From positions 2,430,001 through 2,462,000 of the forward strand of contig NC_007614.1 in assembly GCF_000196355.1 (NCBI RefSeq): a stretch of 32,000 bases of DNA. The letters run 5' to 3'. This DNA comes from Nitrosospira multiformis ATCC 25196 (GTDB taxonomy: Bacteria > Pseudomonadota > Gammaproteobacteria > Burkholderiales > Nitrosomonadaceae). Position 1 is the stretch's first letter; each line of letters begins with the position of its first letter. This document shows, piece by piece, positions 1 to 9,268 of the stretch. Under the pieces are notes generated by a model. It made no database searches. It saw only the letters and a list, made by a program, of their open reading frames with translations, and had not been told where the DNA came from. Position numbers and translations under genes: made by a program.

Positions 1-396
1 GTCATCCACCACTTTAAAACCAACCTGTACGACGGGTACCACTACGAGTTGCGCAATGCGCTCCAGCGGGTTCAACAGGAAAGGTGCTTGCCCCCGATTC
101 CAGCACGATACGAATATCTGCCCCTGGTAATCCGAGTCGATCAACCCCACCAGATTTCCCATCACGATCCCGTGCTTGTGGCCGAGGCCGGAGCGGGGGA
201 GCACCAGTGCGGCGAGCCCGGGGTCGGACAGATGGATTGCAATTCCGGTGGGGATAAGATGGGCTTCTCCAGGCTGAATCGTCATCACATGCTCGATGCA
301 CGCGCGCAAGTCGAGGCCGGCGGAGCCGGAGGTCGCATAGGCGGGCAACTGATCTTTCAGGCGCGAATCGAGAATTTTTATATCTATTTTTTTCAT
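1..396 (-). CDS. dut: dUTP diphosphatase (dUTPase), 3' end cut by the window edge
   Basis: Missing from the ORF track because it runs off the window edge. Reverse-strand translation from the ATG at 396-394 reads [34 protein letters not shown]...[35 protein letters not shown], which carries the classic trimeric dUTPase motifs. Its ATG overlaps the coaBC stop as ATGA (393-396), matching the usual coaBC-dut order. Confidence 0.9.
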   Translation of the reverse strand, partial: MKKIDIKILDSRLKDQLPAYATSGSAGLDLRACIEHVMTIQPGEAHLIPTGIAIHLSDPGLAALVLPRSGLGHKHGIVMGNLVGLIDSDYQGQIFVSCWNRGQAPFLLNPLERIAQLVVVPVVQVGFKVVDD

Positions 397-1628
397 GAAT
401 TAAAATTCCGCCATTTTTCATAAAGCGATGCTGCATGAGCGATGAGGTGCCGCGCCTGTTCGATTTTCGACGATTTTGGCAAGGAATGCCTGCCGGAATC
501 ATCGAAGAGCGTCAACGCAACTTCCTCCGCACCTATCGCCTCCTGGGCGAGATTGGCAGCAAGAAGTGGAAGCTTTTTCCGACGGCGCTTGGCTTCGGCA
601 TTCTCTTCCAGATTTTGGGTCTCCGCAGCAAAACCGATGCAAAACGGCGGATCCGGCAGATTTGCCACGTATTCAAGAATATCAGGATTGGGAACAAGCT
701 CCAGGATGATATTGCTGTCATTCTTTTTCGTTTTGTGTTCGCTGGCATTTTTGGGACGATAGTCAGCCACGGCAGCGACGCTTATAAAAAAATCGACTTG
801 TTGAACCTGTTGAACTTCGCTTTTTACGGCTATCAGCATATCCTGCGCGCTTGTCACCTTGATGAGGCGAGCGCGCGGTGGCGCTTCCAGGCAAACCGGC
901 CCGGATACGAGGATTACTTCCGCTCCTGCCTCGGCTGCGGCACGCGCCACTGCATACCCCATTTTGCCGGAACTTGAATTGGTTATCCCGCGAACCGCAT
1001 CGATTGCTTCGAAGGTAGGTCCGGCAGTGATGAGTACGCGCTTGGTATGCAGCAGTTTGGGTTGAAAAAAAGCGTGTACCGCTTCCGCGAGTTCATGCGC
1101 TTCGAGCATGCGTCCCATGCCGGTTTCGCCACACGCCTGCACGCCGCTGGCAGGACCCAGCACTGTCACGCCATCCCCGCGCAACGTGTCGAGATTGCGA
1201 CGGGTGGCGGAATTTTCCCACATCTGCCGATTCATTGCGGGAGCAATCAGCAAGGGGCATGCGCGCGCAAGGCATAATGTGGAGAGCAGGTCATCCGCGA
1301 GGCCGTGGGCAACCTTGGCAATAAAGTCGGCGCTGGCGGGGGAAATGACAATAGCATCGACGTTGCGCGAAAGGTCGATATGAGCCATGTTGTTGGCTAC
1401 GCTGGCATCCCACAGCTCGGTAAATACGGGCTTGCCGGTCAAGGCCTGTAGCGTGGCCGTACCGACAAAACGGCAGGCTGACGCCGTCATGACTGCCTGC
1501 ACCTCCATGCCCCCGCTTATCAAAAGGCGCACCAGTTCTGCCGCCTTGTATGCCGCAACTCCCCCCGTGAGTCCCAAAAGCACGCGTCTTGCCTCGGGCG
1601 TCCTGCCAGTCGTCTTCAACCGAATCAC
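393..1628 (-). CDS. coaBC: Bifunctional phosphopantothenoylcysteine decarboxylase / phosphopantothenate-cysteine ligase
   Basis: 411-aa ORF. The N-terminal flavoprotein motif is [13 protein letters not shown]. The C-terminal ligase half contains [25 protein letters not shown]. The start is GTG at 1628; an alternative GTG at 1583, preceded by GAGG, is also possible. Confidence 0.93.
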   Translation of the reverse strand: MIRLKTTGRTPEARRVLLGLTGGVAAYKAAELVRLLISGGMEVQAVMTASACRFVGTATLQALTGKPVFTELWDASVANNMAHIDLSRNVDAIVISPASADFIAKVAHGLADDLLSTLCLARACPLLIAPAMNRQMWENSATRRNLDTLRGDGVTVLGPASGVQACGETGMGRMLEAHELAEAVHAFFQPKLLHTKRVLITAGPTFEAIDAVRGITNSSSGKMGYAVARAAAEAGAEVILVSGPVCLEAPPRARLIKVTSAQDMLIAVKSEVQQVQQVDFFISVAAVADYRPKNASEHKTKKNDSNIILELVPNPDILEYVANLPDPPFCIGFAAETQNLEENAEAKRRRKKLPLLAANLAQEAIGAEEVALTLFDDSGRHSLPKSSKIEQARHLIAHAASLYEKWRNFNS

Positions 1629-1774
1629 TCCCTAAAAAAGAGGAGTCTAACTCAATACTCCCAAAACCCGCACCGCTTTACGGGCGATATATTCTTCAGC
1701 TACAGTTTTTTCACAAACTGACGTTTAAGCGAGGGAATCCCTGAACAATTCCCCGCTACACTGCTACATTTACT

Positions 1775-2449
1775 ATGTCGATTTCAGACTGGCCCGAAGC
1801 CGAGCGCCCACGGGAAAAACTCCTGAAGAACGGGCCCGCATACCTTTCCGATGCGGAATTGCTGGCGATATTCCTGCGTACGGGCATCGCCGGCAAGAGC
1901 GCGGTCGATCTGGCAAGAGAACTGCTCAAACGTTTCAGGGGTTTGACGGGGCTCTTTGCCGCAGATCAAGGCGCATTCTGCCAGGTGCCGGGAATGGGGC
2001 CGGCGAAGTTCGCGCAGTTACAGGCAGTGCTGGAAATGGCGCGGCGCGCGCTTGAAGAAGAATTGAAAAGCAGCGATGCGATGGATTCGCCGGGACCTGT
2101 CCGGGCCTTTTTGCGCCTGAGCCTCGAAGGGAAGGAGCACGAGGTCTTCGTAAGCATCTTTCTTGATGCACGGAATCGGGTCATTGCAACCGAAGAACTG
2201 TTCCAGGGCACCCTTACGCAAACCAGCGTTTACCCGCGTGAAGTGGTAAAACGGGCACTTCATCATAATGCCGCGGCTGTGATCTTTGCACATAATCATC
2301 CTTCGGGTGCGGCTGAGCCAAGCCACGCAGATGCGGTTCTCACGCAATCCCTGAAGCAGGCGCTTCTGCTCGTCGATGTGAGAGTACTGGATCATTTTAT
2401 TGTTGGAAGGGGCGCGACCCTATCGTTTGCCGAACAGGGATTGATTTGA
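1775..2449 (+). CDS. radC: RadC-family JAB/MPN-domain protein (UPF0758)
   Basis: 224 aa. N-terminal RPREKLL...[14 protein letters not shown] plus a helix-hairpin-helix segment ([10 protein letters not shown]). C-terminal JAB motif is AHNHPSG...PSHADAVLT. It is divergent from coaBC, as in many proteobacteria. Confidence 0.9.
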   Translation: MSISDWPEAERPREKLLKNGPAYLSDAELLAIFLRTGIAGKSAVDLARELLKRFRGLTGLFAADQGAFCQVPGMGPAKFAQLQAVLEMARRALEEELKSSDAMDSPGPVRAFLRLSLEGKEHEVFVSIFLDARNRVIATEELFQGTLTQTSVYPREVVKRALHHNAAAVIFAHNHPSGAAEPSHADAVLTQSLKQALLLVDVRVLDHFIVGRGATLSFAEQGLI

Positions 2450-2450
2450 T

Positions 2451-2480
2451 TTGAGGAAATCCCGAAAATCGGGATATAAT
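2451..2480 (+). promoter_or_regulatory. Putative sigma70 promoter of rpmB-rpmG
   Basis: TTGAGG (2451-2456), an 18-nt spacer, then TATAAT (2475-2480), about 33 nt upstream of the rpmB ATG. The spacer holds a small 7-bp hairpin, atcccga-aaa-tcgggat (2459-2475). Motif match only. Confidence 0.4.
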
Positions 2481-2512
2481 ATTCGTTTTTCCGCTTTCGG
2501 ACAGGATCAATC

Positions 2513-2749
2513 ATGGCACGAGTATGTGAAGTTACCGGGAAGAAGCCCATGACCGGCCACCACGTTTCCCACGCTAACAATAAAACAAAGCGGCGTTTTT
2601 TGCCCAATCTGCAACGCCGCCGCTTCTGGGTGGAGAGTGAGCGTCGCTGGATCAGTCTGCGCTTGTCCAATGAAGCGCTTCGTACAATTGACAAGAATGG
2701 CATTGATGCAGTACTGGCTGAAATGCGCGCACGCCGCGACAGCATCTAG
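2513..2749 (+). CDS. rpmB: 50S ribosomal protein L28
   Basis: 78 aa, [34 protein letters not shown]..., the canonical L28 N-terminus. Confidence 0.95.
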
Positions 2750-2823
2750 GAATTTAAAGTGCATTCAGTCGGCAACTCGGCCTGTATCGATAAGGTAATC
2801 TAAGTAAGGATAAGGACATTACC

Positions 2824-2979
2824 ATGAGAGAAAAAATAAAGCTCGAATCCTCGGCAGGAACGGGCCATTTCTACACCACAACAAAGAACAAGCGGACTAC
2901 TCCGGAAAAAATCGAAATTACCAAATTCGATCCGGTGGCACGCAAGCACGTCAAATACAAGGAAACCAAGCTCAAATAG
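2824..2979 (+). CDS. rpmG: 50S ribosomal protein L33
   Basis: Not in the ORF track (51 aa, under the cutoff). My translation is [51 protein letters not shown], stop TAG at 2977-2979. AAGGA lies upstream of the ATG. Position directly after rpmB is canonical. Confidence 0.93.
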   Translation: MREKIKLESSAGTGHFYTTTKNKRTTPEKIEITKFDPVARKHVKYKETKLK

Positions 2980-3051
2980 ATTTCCTCGCTCCGGAATCAG
3001 GAAGCCTGAGAGTAAGTATTGTAAAAATAAAACTCAAGAAAATATGGGCTC

Positions 3052-3091
3052 AAAAACAGAAAACCCGCCAAATGGCGGGTTTTCTGTTTTT
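3052..3091. terminator. Bidirectional rho-independent terminator between rpmG (+) and the desaturase gene (-)
   Basis: Perfect 18-bp inverted repeat, aaaaacagaaaacccgcc (3052-3069) / ggcgggttttctgttttt (3074-3091), with loop aaat. The A-run on the left and T-run on the right supply a U-tract on either strand. Confidence 0.8.
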
Positions 3092-3112
3092 GAGCCCTAT
3101 GTTTAGAAATCC

Positions 3113-4282
3113 CTAAGCGTAGCAGCGCAGCCTGCGGGAGAAATTCTGCAATACCTCGATGCCGCTTTCCTCGGCGCGGTGACACCAGTCTTCCAGCTGC
3201 TTGACCAGCTCATCCTTGGATGAAGTGGAGCGTTGCCATACCGTTATCAATTCCTCGCGCATTTTGTAAACTTTATCCAGCGTACTCGTCTTGCTCAGCA
3301 CTAGATTGAGCTTTGCCCGCTCGTCTTCCTGCAGGGTCTTGGAGTCCGCAAGTACCCAACGCTTGAGTGTGGAACGATCGACGCCAAGATTTGTCGCCGC
3401 TTCTTTCAGATGATCAACTTCCTTTGCCAGCGTCTGCTTGAGAGACTGGGCATACTTTGCCAGTACTTCGTAGCGATGGGAAATGACAGCTTGCAGCGTA
3501 TCTGCGTCGCATTCTGTCTTTGCGGCATCGAGGCGCAGTTTCGGCGCCACCTTCTTCACTTGCGCCAACCCCATCCACTGGAGAATGCAAATATACATCC
3601 AGCCGATGTCGAATTCATACCACTTGTTGGATAAGCGCGCGGAAGTGGCATAAGCGTGGTGGTTGTTGTGCAACTCCTCTCCGCCAATGAGAATTCCCCA
3701 GGGAACGATATTGGTGCTGGCGTCTTCGGCCTGGAAATTACGGTAGCCCCAGTAATGTCCTATCCCATTGATCACGCCCGCAGCCATGATGGGCGCCCAT
3801 GCCATCTGGATGGCCCAGATGGTCAGGCCGATGGGTCCGAACAGAATGACGTCGATGATCAGCATGAGGGCCACCCCCTTGCGGCTGTGCTTGTCATAGA
3901 CATTCCGCTCCAGCCAGTCATCCGGCGTACCATGGCCGTATCTTTCCATGGTTTCCATGTTTTTGGCTTCTGCGCGGTAGAGCTCCGATCCCTCCCGCAG
4001 CACTTTGGCGATCCCCACTATTTGCGGACTATGGGGATCATCGACCGTTTCACACTTGGCATGATGCTTCCGGTGTATGGCGGTCCACTCCTTGGTGACC
4101 ATCCCGGTCGTGAGCCACAGCCAGAAGCGGAAAAAATGACTCGGCAAGGGATGAAGATCCAGCGAGCGATGAGCTTGATGACGATGCAGAAAGATTGTGA
4201 TACTGGCTATGGTTATGTGGGTAAGGCCGAGGGTAACGGCGATATAACCCCACCATGGCAAGTCGATAAGACCGAGAGTCAT
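3113..4282 (-). CDS. Membrane fatty-acid (acyl-lipid/acyl-CoA, delta-9-like) desaturase with a roughly 100-aa helical C-terminal tail
   Basis: 389 aa with three histidine boxes: HRHQAH, HRKHH and HNNHH. Hydrophobic N-terminal segments are present. Length and layout resemble proteobacterial DesA-type desaturases. Confidence 0.88.
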   Translation of the reverse strand: MTLGLIDLPWWGYIAVTLGLTHITIASITIFLHRHQAHRSLDLHPLPSHFFRFWLWLTTGMVTKEWTAIHRKHHAKCETVDDPHSPQIVGIAKVLREGSELYRAEAKNMETMERYGHGTPDDWLERNVYDKHSRKGVALMLIIDVILFGPIGLTIWAIQMAWAPIMAAGVINGIGHYWGYRNFQAEDASTNIVPWGILIGGEELHNNHHAYATSARLSNKWYEFDIGWMYICILQWMGLAQVKKVAPKLRLDAAKTECDADTLQAVISHRYEVLAKYAQSLKQTLAKEVDHLKEAATNLGVDRSTLKRWVLADSKTLQEDERAKLNLVLSKTSTLDKVYKMREELITVWQRSTSSKDELVKQLEDWCHRAEESGIEVLQNFSRRLRCYA

Positions 4283-4343
4283 TGTTTGCGACCTTTAGAG
4301 TAAGTACGGGAGAAGCGTAATTGCCGGAAAGAAGGGATACGGA

Positions 4344-4372
4344 AATTTATAGCTAAACGAACGGTTAGTCAA
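4344..4372 (-). promoter_or_regulatory. Putative sigma70 promoter of the desaturase gene
   Basis: The minus strand reads TTGACT (4372-4367), 17 nt, then TAAATT (4349-4344). An alternative reading is 15 nt then TATAAA. It sits about 60 nt upstream of the start at 4282. Motif match only. Confidence 0.4.
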
Positions 4373-4497
4373 GAAATTATGTACCCTCCGGAAGCTCGAA
4401 AGAACCCGAAAAAACGCGGACGGAAAGCGTCGGACGGCAGCGACGCGGGAGAACGTGGACGGCAAGAAATGGGATTCTTCCCGGAGCCAGTACCGGC

Positions 4498-5085
4498 TTA
4501 TTTATCGCTCAATAATTGTTCCAGATCGATGCAGACTGATTCCGCCGTGCTAGCCTTTAACGTTCGTCGCATCTGGCCCAGGGCGTCAGTATGTCTGCTT
4601 TTGTTTATCGCGGCACAACAGTCGGAAGGAATGTGGATCTCAAACCCACGCAAATATGCATCGTTGGCGGTAAACAGCACGCAGGAATCCGTGGTGAGGC
4701 CGCAAAGGATGAGCTTTTTCGCATGCAGGCTCTGGAGCAGAAGATCCAGGGGCGTCTGGAAAAAGCCGGAATGCCTTGGCTTGAGAACAAAATAATCATC
4801 CTGCTGGGGCACGAGCTCTCGGGCTAGCGGCGCGCCGCAGACACCGTCTTTTACACAACGCGACACGAGATGTTTGAAGTCGGACTGCCATTGTCCGAAG
4901 TTGTCGTTCACGTACAAACAGGGAATGCCGAGCTTCTTGGCTTCTGCTTTAAGGGATGAAATGTTTCGCGCCATTGGTATCGCATGTTCAACGAGTTGTC
5001 GTCCACTCTCGAACTCCAGATCATTGATGACATCGATTAAAAGAAGCGCAACGGAACATTCATGAAGCACGCAGGTATCGTTCAT
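4498..5085 (-). CDS. Isochorismatase-family (cysteine) hydrolase
   Basis: 195 aa. ALLLIDVINDL carries the catalytic Asp region, FVLKPRHSGF the Lys region, and LILCGLTTDSCV the nucleophile Cys. It starts 14 nt downstream of the DUF2269 gene. Confidence 0.85.
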   Translation of the reverse strand: MNDTCVLHECSVALLLIDVINDLEFESGRQLVEHAIPMARNISSLKAEAKKLGIPCLYVNDNFGQWQSDFKHLVSRCVKDGVCGAPLARELVPQQDDYFVLKPRHSGFFQTPLDLLLQSLHAKKLILCGLTTDSCVLFTANDAYLRGFEIHIPSDCCAAINKSRHTDALGQMRRTLKASTAESVCIDLEQLLSDK

Positions 5086-5099
5086 CGCTCAAACCGCCG

Positions 5100-5567
5100 T
5101 CATACCGGCTTGGCCACCATCAGATAAAACACAATAACCAGTGCAATAAACGCGGGAATACCCAATCCGATCCAGAACCGGAAGTACTGCCAGTACAAGG
5201 GCGGCAGCTCGTCCCTTCTGTTGCACGCATCGGCGGCGAGCTGGTGCATCCGTATCTGGAGCCACACCACGGGAAGCCAGCAAGCTCCGGCGATCAGGTA
5301 TAAAACTGTCGACCACATTACCCACTTGCTGGTCACGGGAATTTCCGCCAGGTAGACGAGATAAAAACCTGTAAGCGGCTGGATGACGATGGTCGTCGCC
5401 GTGAATATCCAGTCAGCGGTAACGACATTTCTGGTAACCGCAGCAGCAACGGTGGAGTCACGCGTCAGGCTCGCCGAAAACATATAAAAAGCCGTTCCTA
5501 TGCCCGTACCGAACAGCAATGTCGATGAAAGGATATGCAGCCACTTTACCACTAGGTAGTCGATCAC
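5100..5567 (-). CDS. DUF2269-family integral membrane protein
   Basis: 155 aa with four predicted TM segments. The N-terminus VKWLHILSSTLLFGTGIGTAFYMF is typical of DUF2269. Its GTG start overlaps the upstream stop as GTGA (5564-5567). Confidence 0.7.
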   Translation of the reverse strand: MIDYLVVKWLHILSSTLLFGTGIGTAFYMFSASLTRDSTVAAAVTRNVVTADWIFTATTIVIQPLTGFYLVYLAEIPVTSKWVMWSTVLYLIAGACWLPVVWLQIRMHQLAADACNRRDELPPLYWQYFRFWIGLGIPAFIALVIVFYLMVAKPV

Positions 5568-6883
5568 CGTTTCTCCAACTCGTACAACAACAGGATGACT
5601 GCAAGGATGGGCAGATTTTTTATCAACGGACCGAAGGGATGCAGCCAGAACTCAGGAAGAAAAAGAGTGATGGCAACCATATAGACGCCAATCAGGGTAA
5701 CCTGGGCTATCCAGAGTAGTCGCCGGTCGCGGAGAAAAAGGGTTCCGAATCCAAAAGCAATATCCATGGCTGCGGCGCCGTAAAGCGCTATGGGGGCAAG
5801 GCCGCCAGTAATTCCCACGCGGGCAAGCAAAACATAGCTTTCTTCTACCGGATAAATCCCCATCGAAACCGCACCTGCCACAAACCACACTGCAGCCAAT
5901 GAAACACGCAGCACGACCGGCAACCAGCCGAGGAGCGCCGACAAGCGAAGGGCCTGCACCTCCCACTTTGAGGCAAATTCCCGTACAGGGCGGGGATTGC
6001 GCCCGAGCAGCGCGCGCGTCATGGCAGGATCGGCAATGTTCCCCCGCTGGAGCATCTGCCACGTTTCCAGGTCCAGCAAACCCTTCCCGAACCGCTGGCT
6101 TAACTGGCCCAAGCGGCGTGCGCTGAACTCGACAAATCCGACAGGGACCGGCAAAAACGTGGGAGTGCCCAATCCCATCAAATGCCGCAACTCGCCGAGA
6201 TAGTCTCGAAAAGTGATGGGTTCCGGCCCTACCAGAGGGATACGCTGTCCAAGATATCGATCGGTTTGGAGGAGTTCAACCACGGCCTGCGTCAGGTCGT
6301 CAATATGAATCGGCTGTATACGTTGATTTCCAGCCCCGGGCAGCGGGATAACCGGGAGGCTCGCAATAAGGTTGAACAATTGCGCGCTTGTCCCACCTGG
6401 TCCGTATACGAGCGATGGCTGCACGACCATGCTCTTGCTCCTATTGTTTGGAGAAGCAAGCAATGCATCATCTGCGGCTTTCTTGCTGAGGTGATACCGG
6501 CTGCGCGCATTTTCGTCCGCACCGAGCGCGGATATCTGCACGACCTTCACATTTGCTGCTTCGCACGCCGCAAATAGCGCTCTTGGGGCACGATCGTGCA
6601 GTGCCTGGAAGGTTTGCCTTCCGTGCTCCCGCAATATTCCAACCGCATTTATCACCACATCGATGCCGGCAAGGCGTTTTTTCCAGACCTCCATATCGAA
6701 ATCGCGCGTAAAATCTGCCGCGATATAAGTGGGCCCGGTTCCCTTCAAATCCTTTATACCCCTTATATCCTCCGGCTGGCCGCGCCGGGTGGCGCATACG
6801 ATTCTGTGTCCCGCAGCAGCCAATGCCATAACCAGATGGCTGCCGATGAAACCAGAGGCGCCGGTAATCAAAATGGTGGACAT
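5564..6883 (-). CDS. NAD(P)-binding SDR/epimerase-like domain fused to a C-terminal DoxX-like membrane domain
   Basis: 439 aa. The Rossmann motif is ILITGASGFIGSHL. The last ~130 aa are strongly hydrophobic (LLGWLPVVLRVSLAAVWFVAGAVSMGIYP...), consistent with a DoxX-like four-TM module. Confidence 0.8.
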   Translation of the reverse strand: MSTILITGASGFIGSHLVMALAAAGHRIVCATRRGQPEDIRGIKDLKGTGPTYIAADFTRDFDMEVWKKRLAGIDVVINAVGILREHGRQTFQALHDRAPRALFAACEAANVKVVQISALGADENARSRYHLSKKAADDALLASPNNRSKSMVVQPSLVYGPGGTSAQLFNLIASLPVIPLPGAGNQRIQPIHIDDLTQAVVELLQTDRYLGQRIPLVGPEPITFRDYLGELRHLMGLGTPTFLPVPVGFVEFSARRLGQLSQRFGKGLLDLETWQMLQRGNIADPAMTRALLGRNPRPVREFASKWEVQALRLSALLGWLPVVLRVSLAAVWFVAGAVSMGIYPVEESYVLLARVGITGGLAPIALYGAAAMDIAFGFGTLFLRDRRLLWIAQVTLIGVYMVAITLFLPEFWLHPFGPLIKNLPILAVILLLYELEKR

Positions 6884-6997
6884 ATCATATACACTGGAAT
6901 TTAAACCAAAACCCGCACGGACGGATCAAACGGATTTTTCGCGCGGAATACATCTCTTTAAATCTCTTTAAGATTGAAATAAAGTATAGTTTCAGCC

Positions 6998-7564
6998 ATG
7001 ATGCGTCCTGAAAAAACCTGGAGCAGCGCAATTCTTAGCGGCCTCGTTTCCGGCACTGTGGCGAGCATTGTGTCGACCATTGCGCTTTCGATCCTCGGCA
7101 AGGCTGAATTGGGCAAGTTTGCCGCCCCTGTCAATGGACCCAGTCAATGGATATGGGGAAGACATGCCCCCTATCAGGACCAGTTCAGCCTCCGATACAC
7201 GCTTATCGGCTATGCGATCCATCACGCCGCATCGGTATTCTGGGCAATCTGGTATGAAAAGCTTCGCCAGCAACTCCCGCCTGCCGAAAGCGCCGCCACC
7301 GTTCTTGCTCCGGCGGTCGCAACAACCGCCGCGGCCTATGCCGTCGATTTTCACTTCACACCGCAACGGCTGACGCCGGGATTTGAACACCGGCTTTCCC
7401 AGCGTTCCCTGCTCATCGTCTATGGAACCTTCGCCCTCGGATTAGCCGTGACCGTGCTGCTCTCCCGGAAGCCTCCCTTGCGGAGGTGTACCACAAGCAG
7501 GGCCTCATCGCCTATAAATGCACCCCGCATAAAATCAGACGTCGCTGCCTTCAGGAAACAATAA
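6998..7564 (+). CDS. Hypothetical integral membrane protein, no family recognised
   Basis: 188 aa with about four hydrophobic segments and an Arg/Ser-rich C-terminal tail. I found no diagnostic motif. Confidence 0.5.
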   Translation: MMRPEKTWSSAILSGLVSGTVASIVSTIALSILGKAELGKFAAPVNGPSQWIWGRHAPYQDQFSLRYTLIGYAIHHAASVFWAIWYEKLRQQLPPAESAATVLAPAVATTAAAYAVDFHFTPQRLTPGFEHRLSQRSLLIVYGTFALGLAVTVLLSRKPPLRRCTTSRASSPINAPRIKSDVAAFRKQ

Positions 7565-7723
7565 GCCGGTTTTCCCGGTCCCCGGCAGCAGACTAGCAGT
7601 ATTTCATGCCCGCCTGCTGCCACTCTACCTCAATGGCAGAGGCTCGGAATGTGCGTTATCGCACTGATGTGATCAAAGCAACCCCCTATATTCGTTGCAA
7701 GTTTCCTATCTGTCACCGTCGGA

Positions 7724-8332
7724 ATGCGCAGTGAACTCATCGTGCTGCCACATTCGCTTCTGACTCCCACCCAAAGTTCCCCCGATCTGAGCAAAGGCAT
7801 GGTTGATTGGTCCCGTCTTTTTGGTTTTTCCGTAAATCCCGCCGAAATCATTCTGCGAGGAACAGTTATCTATTGGTTCATCTTTTTGCTGTTCAGGCTG
7901 ATACTTCACCGCGATGTAGGCGCCATTGCCATTGCCGATGTCATGCTGCTTGTCCTGATCGCGGATGCAGCCAGTAACGGCATGTCCGGGAATTATGACT
8001 CCATCACCGACGGTTGTCTTCTTATTGCCACCCTTGCAGGCTGGAATTATCTCCTGGACTCGCTGAGCTTTCATTTTCCGGCCATCCGGCGCATTGTTCA
8101 GCAGCCTCCACTGGCTCTCGTTCAAAATGGCAAAATCCAGCGTAAAGCCATGCGCCGGGAGTTGATCACTGTCGAAGAACTGGAATCCAAATTACGGGAA
8201 CAGGGTATCGAGGATTTCAGGGAGGTAAAAATTGCGTATCTTGAGGAAGACGGCGAAATTAGCATATTGCGAAATGACGGCAAGGAACCGGAAAACCCGC
8301 CGGGCAAGCCTAAAAGTAAAAAGACTATTTAG
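7724..8332 (+). CDS. DUF421 (YetF-like) membrane protein
   Basis: A two-TM N-terminus (ILRGTVIYWFIFLLFRLIL...IADVMLLVLIAD) is followed by the soluble YetF-type C-terminal domain (GKIQRKAMRRELITVEELESKLREQGIEDFREVKIAYLEEDGEISIL). The true start may be the internal ATG at 7799 (MVDWSRLFG). Confidence 0.75.
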   Translation: MRSELIVLPHSLLTPTQSSPDLSKGMVDWSRLFGFSVNPAEIILRGTVIYWFIFLLFRLILHRDVGAIAIADVMLLVLIADAASNGMSGNYDSITDGCLLIATLAGWNYLLDSLSFHFPAIRRIVQQPPLALVQNGKIQRKAMRRELITVEELESKLREQGIEDFREVKIAYLEEDGEISILRNDGKEPENPPGKPKSKKTI

Positions 8333-8341
8333 GAAAGCCTG

Positions 8342-9148
8342 ATGGATCAAGAGGAAGCGTTAGAATTCGCCCAACACCTGGCTGATGTGTCCCGGTCCAT
8401 CGCGCTACGATATTTCCGTACTTCCATGGATATCTGCTGGAAGAAAGACACGAGTCCCGTGACGATTGCAGATTGCAAGATCGAAAGTACGCTCCGTAGC
8501 GTCATACGCAGTCGATATCCGGACCATGGCATTATCGGGGAAGAATATGACTGCATTCCCGGGGGGCGCTATAGCTGGATCCTGGACCCGATTGACGGGA
8601 CGAAGAGCTTTACAATGGGGAATCCCCTGTTCGGCACCCTCATTGGACTACTGGATGACGGCCAGCCTATCGCCGGACTGGTCGATCTTCCTGCAATGGG
8701 AGAGCGATGGGGTGGGACGGGCAGAAGGACAACATTCACGGACGGGATCAGCAACGGCCAGGCGAATGTCAGCGGCTGCCGCTCCATTGACGCAGCCCGG
8801 CTTTATATCGCAGCCTCGTCGGGAGCCGATTCCGATGAGAAATATGCAGGGATCGAGACATTGTACCGCGTCGCTGCCATCACTCGTCCTGTCTGCGACT
8901 GCTATGCATACGGCTTGCTCGCCTCCGGCTATTGCGACCTGGTAATCGAGGACAACCTGGAGCCTTGCGATTACCTGCCGCTCATACCGATAATTAACGG
9001 TGCGGGCGGGCAGATTACAGACTGGACAGGAAAACCCCTTACCTTGAATTCGGATGGCCGGGTCATTGCCGCTTCCACTGAATCCCTGTTGAACGCGGCA
9101 ATAGAGGTGCTACGCAGTTCGCTCTCGGCAGATTCAATCACCCGGTAG
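8342..9148 (+). CDS. Inositol monophosphatase-family phosphatase (IMPase / HisN-like)
   Basis: 268 aa with metal-binding motifs IIGEE, WILDPIDGTKSF and a C-terminal DCYAYGLLASG region. Confidence 0.85.
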   Translation: MDQEEALEFAQHLADVSRSIALRYFRTSMDICWKKDTSPVTIADCKIESTLRSVIRSRYPDHGIIGEEYDCIPGGRYSWILDPIDGTKSFTMGNPLFGTLIGLLDDGQPIAGLVDLPAMGERWGGTGRRTTFTDGISNGQANVSGCRSIDAARLYIAASSGADSDEKYAGIETLYRVAAITRPVCDCYAYGLLASGYCDLVIEDNLEPCDYLPLIPIINGAGGQITDWTGKPLTLNSDGRVIAASTESLLNAAIEVLRSSLSADSITR

Positions 9149-9200
9149 TTCACTCATGCTGTTAGTGCGATTCCGCACCGAGAATCCTATCTTCCCAAAA

Positions 9201-9226
9201 TAGAATCCCGTTTTAGAATCCCGTTT
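9201..9226. repeat. Perfect tandem duplication of a 13-bp unit (tagaatcccgttt x2)
   Basis: 9201-9213 and 9214-9226 are identical. A third partial copy, agaatcc, lies at 9181-9187. The repeat is 40-70 nt upstream of the next CDS. Confidence 0.9.
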
Positions 9227-9268
9227 CCGATCGGTCGTTTGTTTCCTGCAACCATTATGGGAGCAACC

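Noticed and set aside
14-502. 162-aa minus-strand ORF from the track, plus the 124-aa plus-strand ORF at 49..423
   Set aside because: The translation is Arg/Pro-rich and low complexity with no motifs. It overlaps both the clearly recognisable dut frame (1..396, minus strand, different frame) and the 3' end of coaBC. I treat both as shadow ORFs.
3656-4303. 215-aa plus-strand ORF antisense to the desaturase gene
   Set aside because: It lies entirely inside a well-supported CDS on the other strand. It has no RBS and no recognisable motifs, which is typical of a GC-driven antisense ORF.
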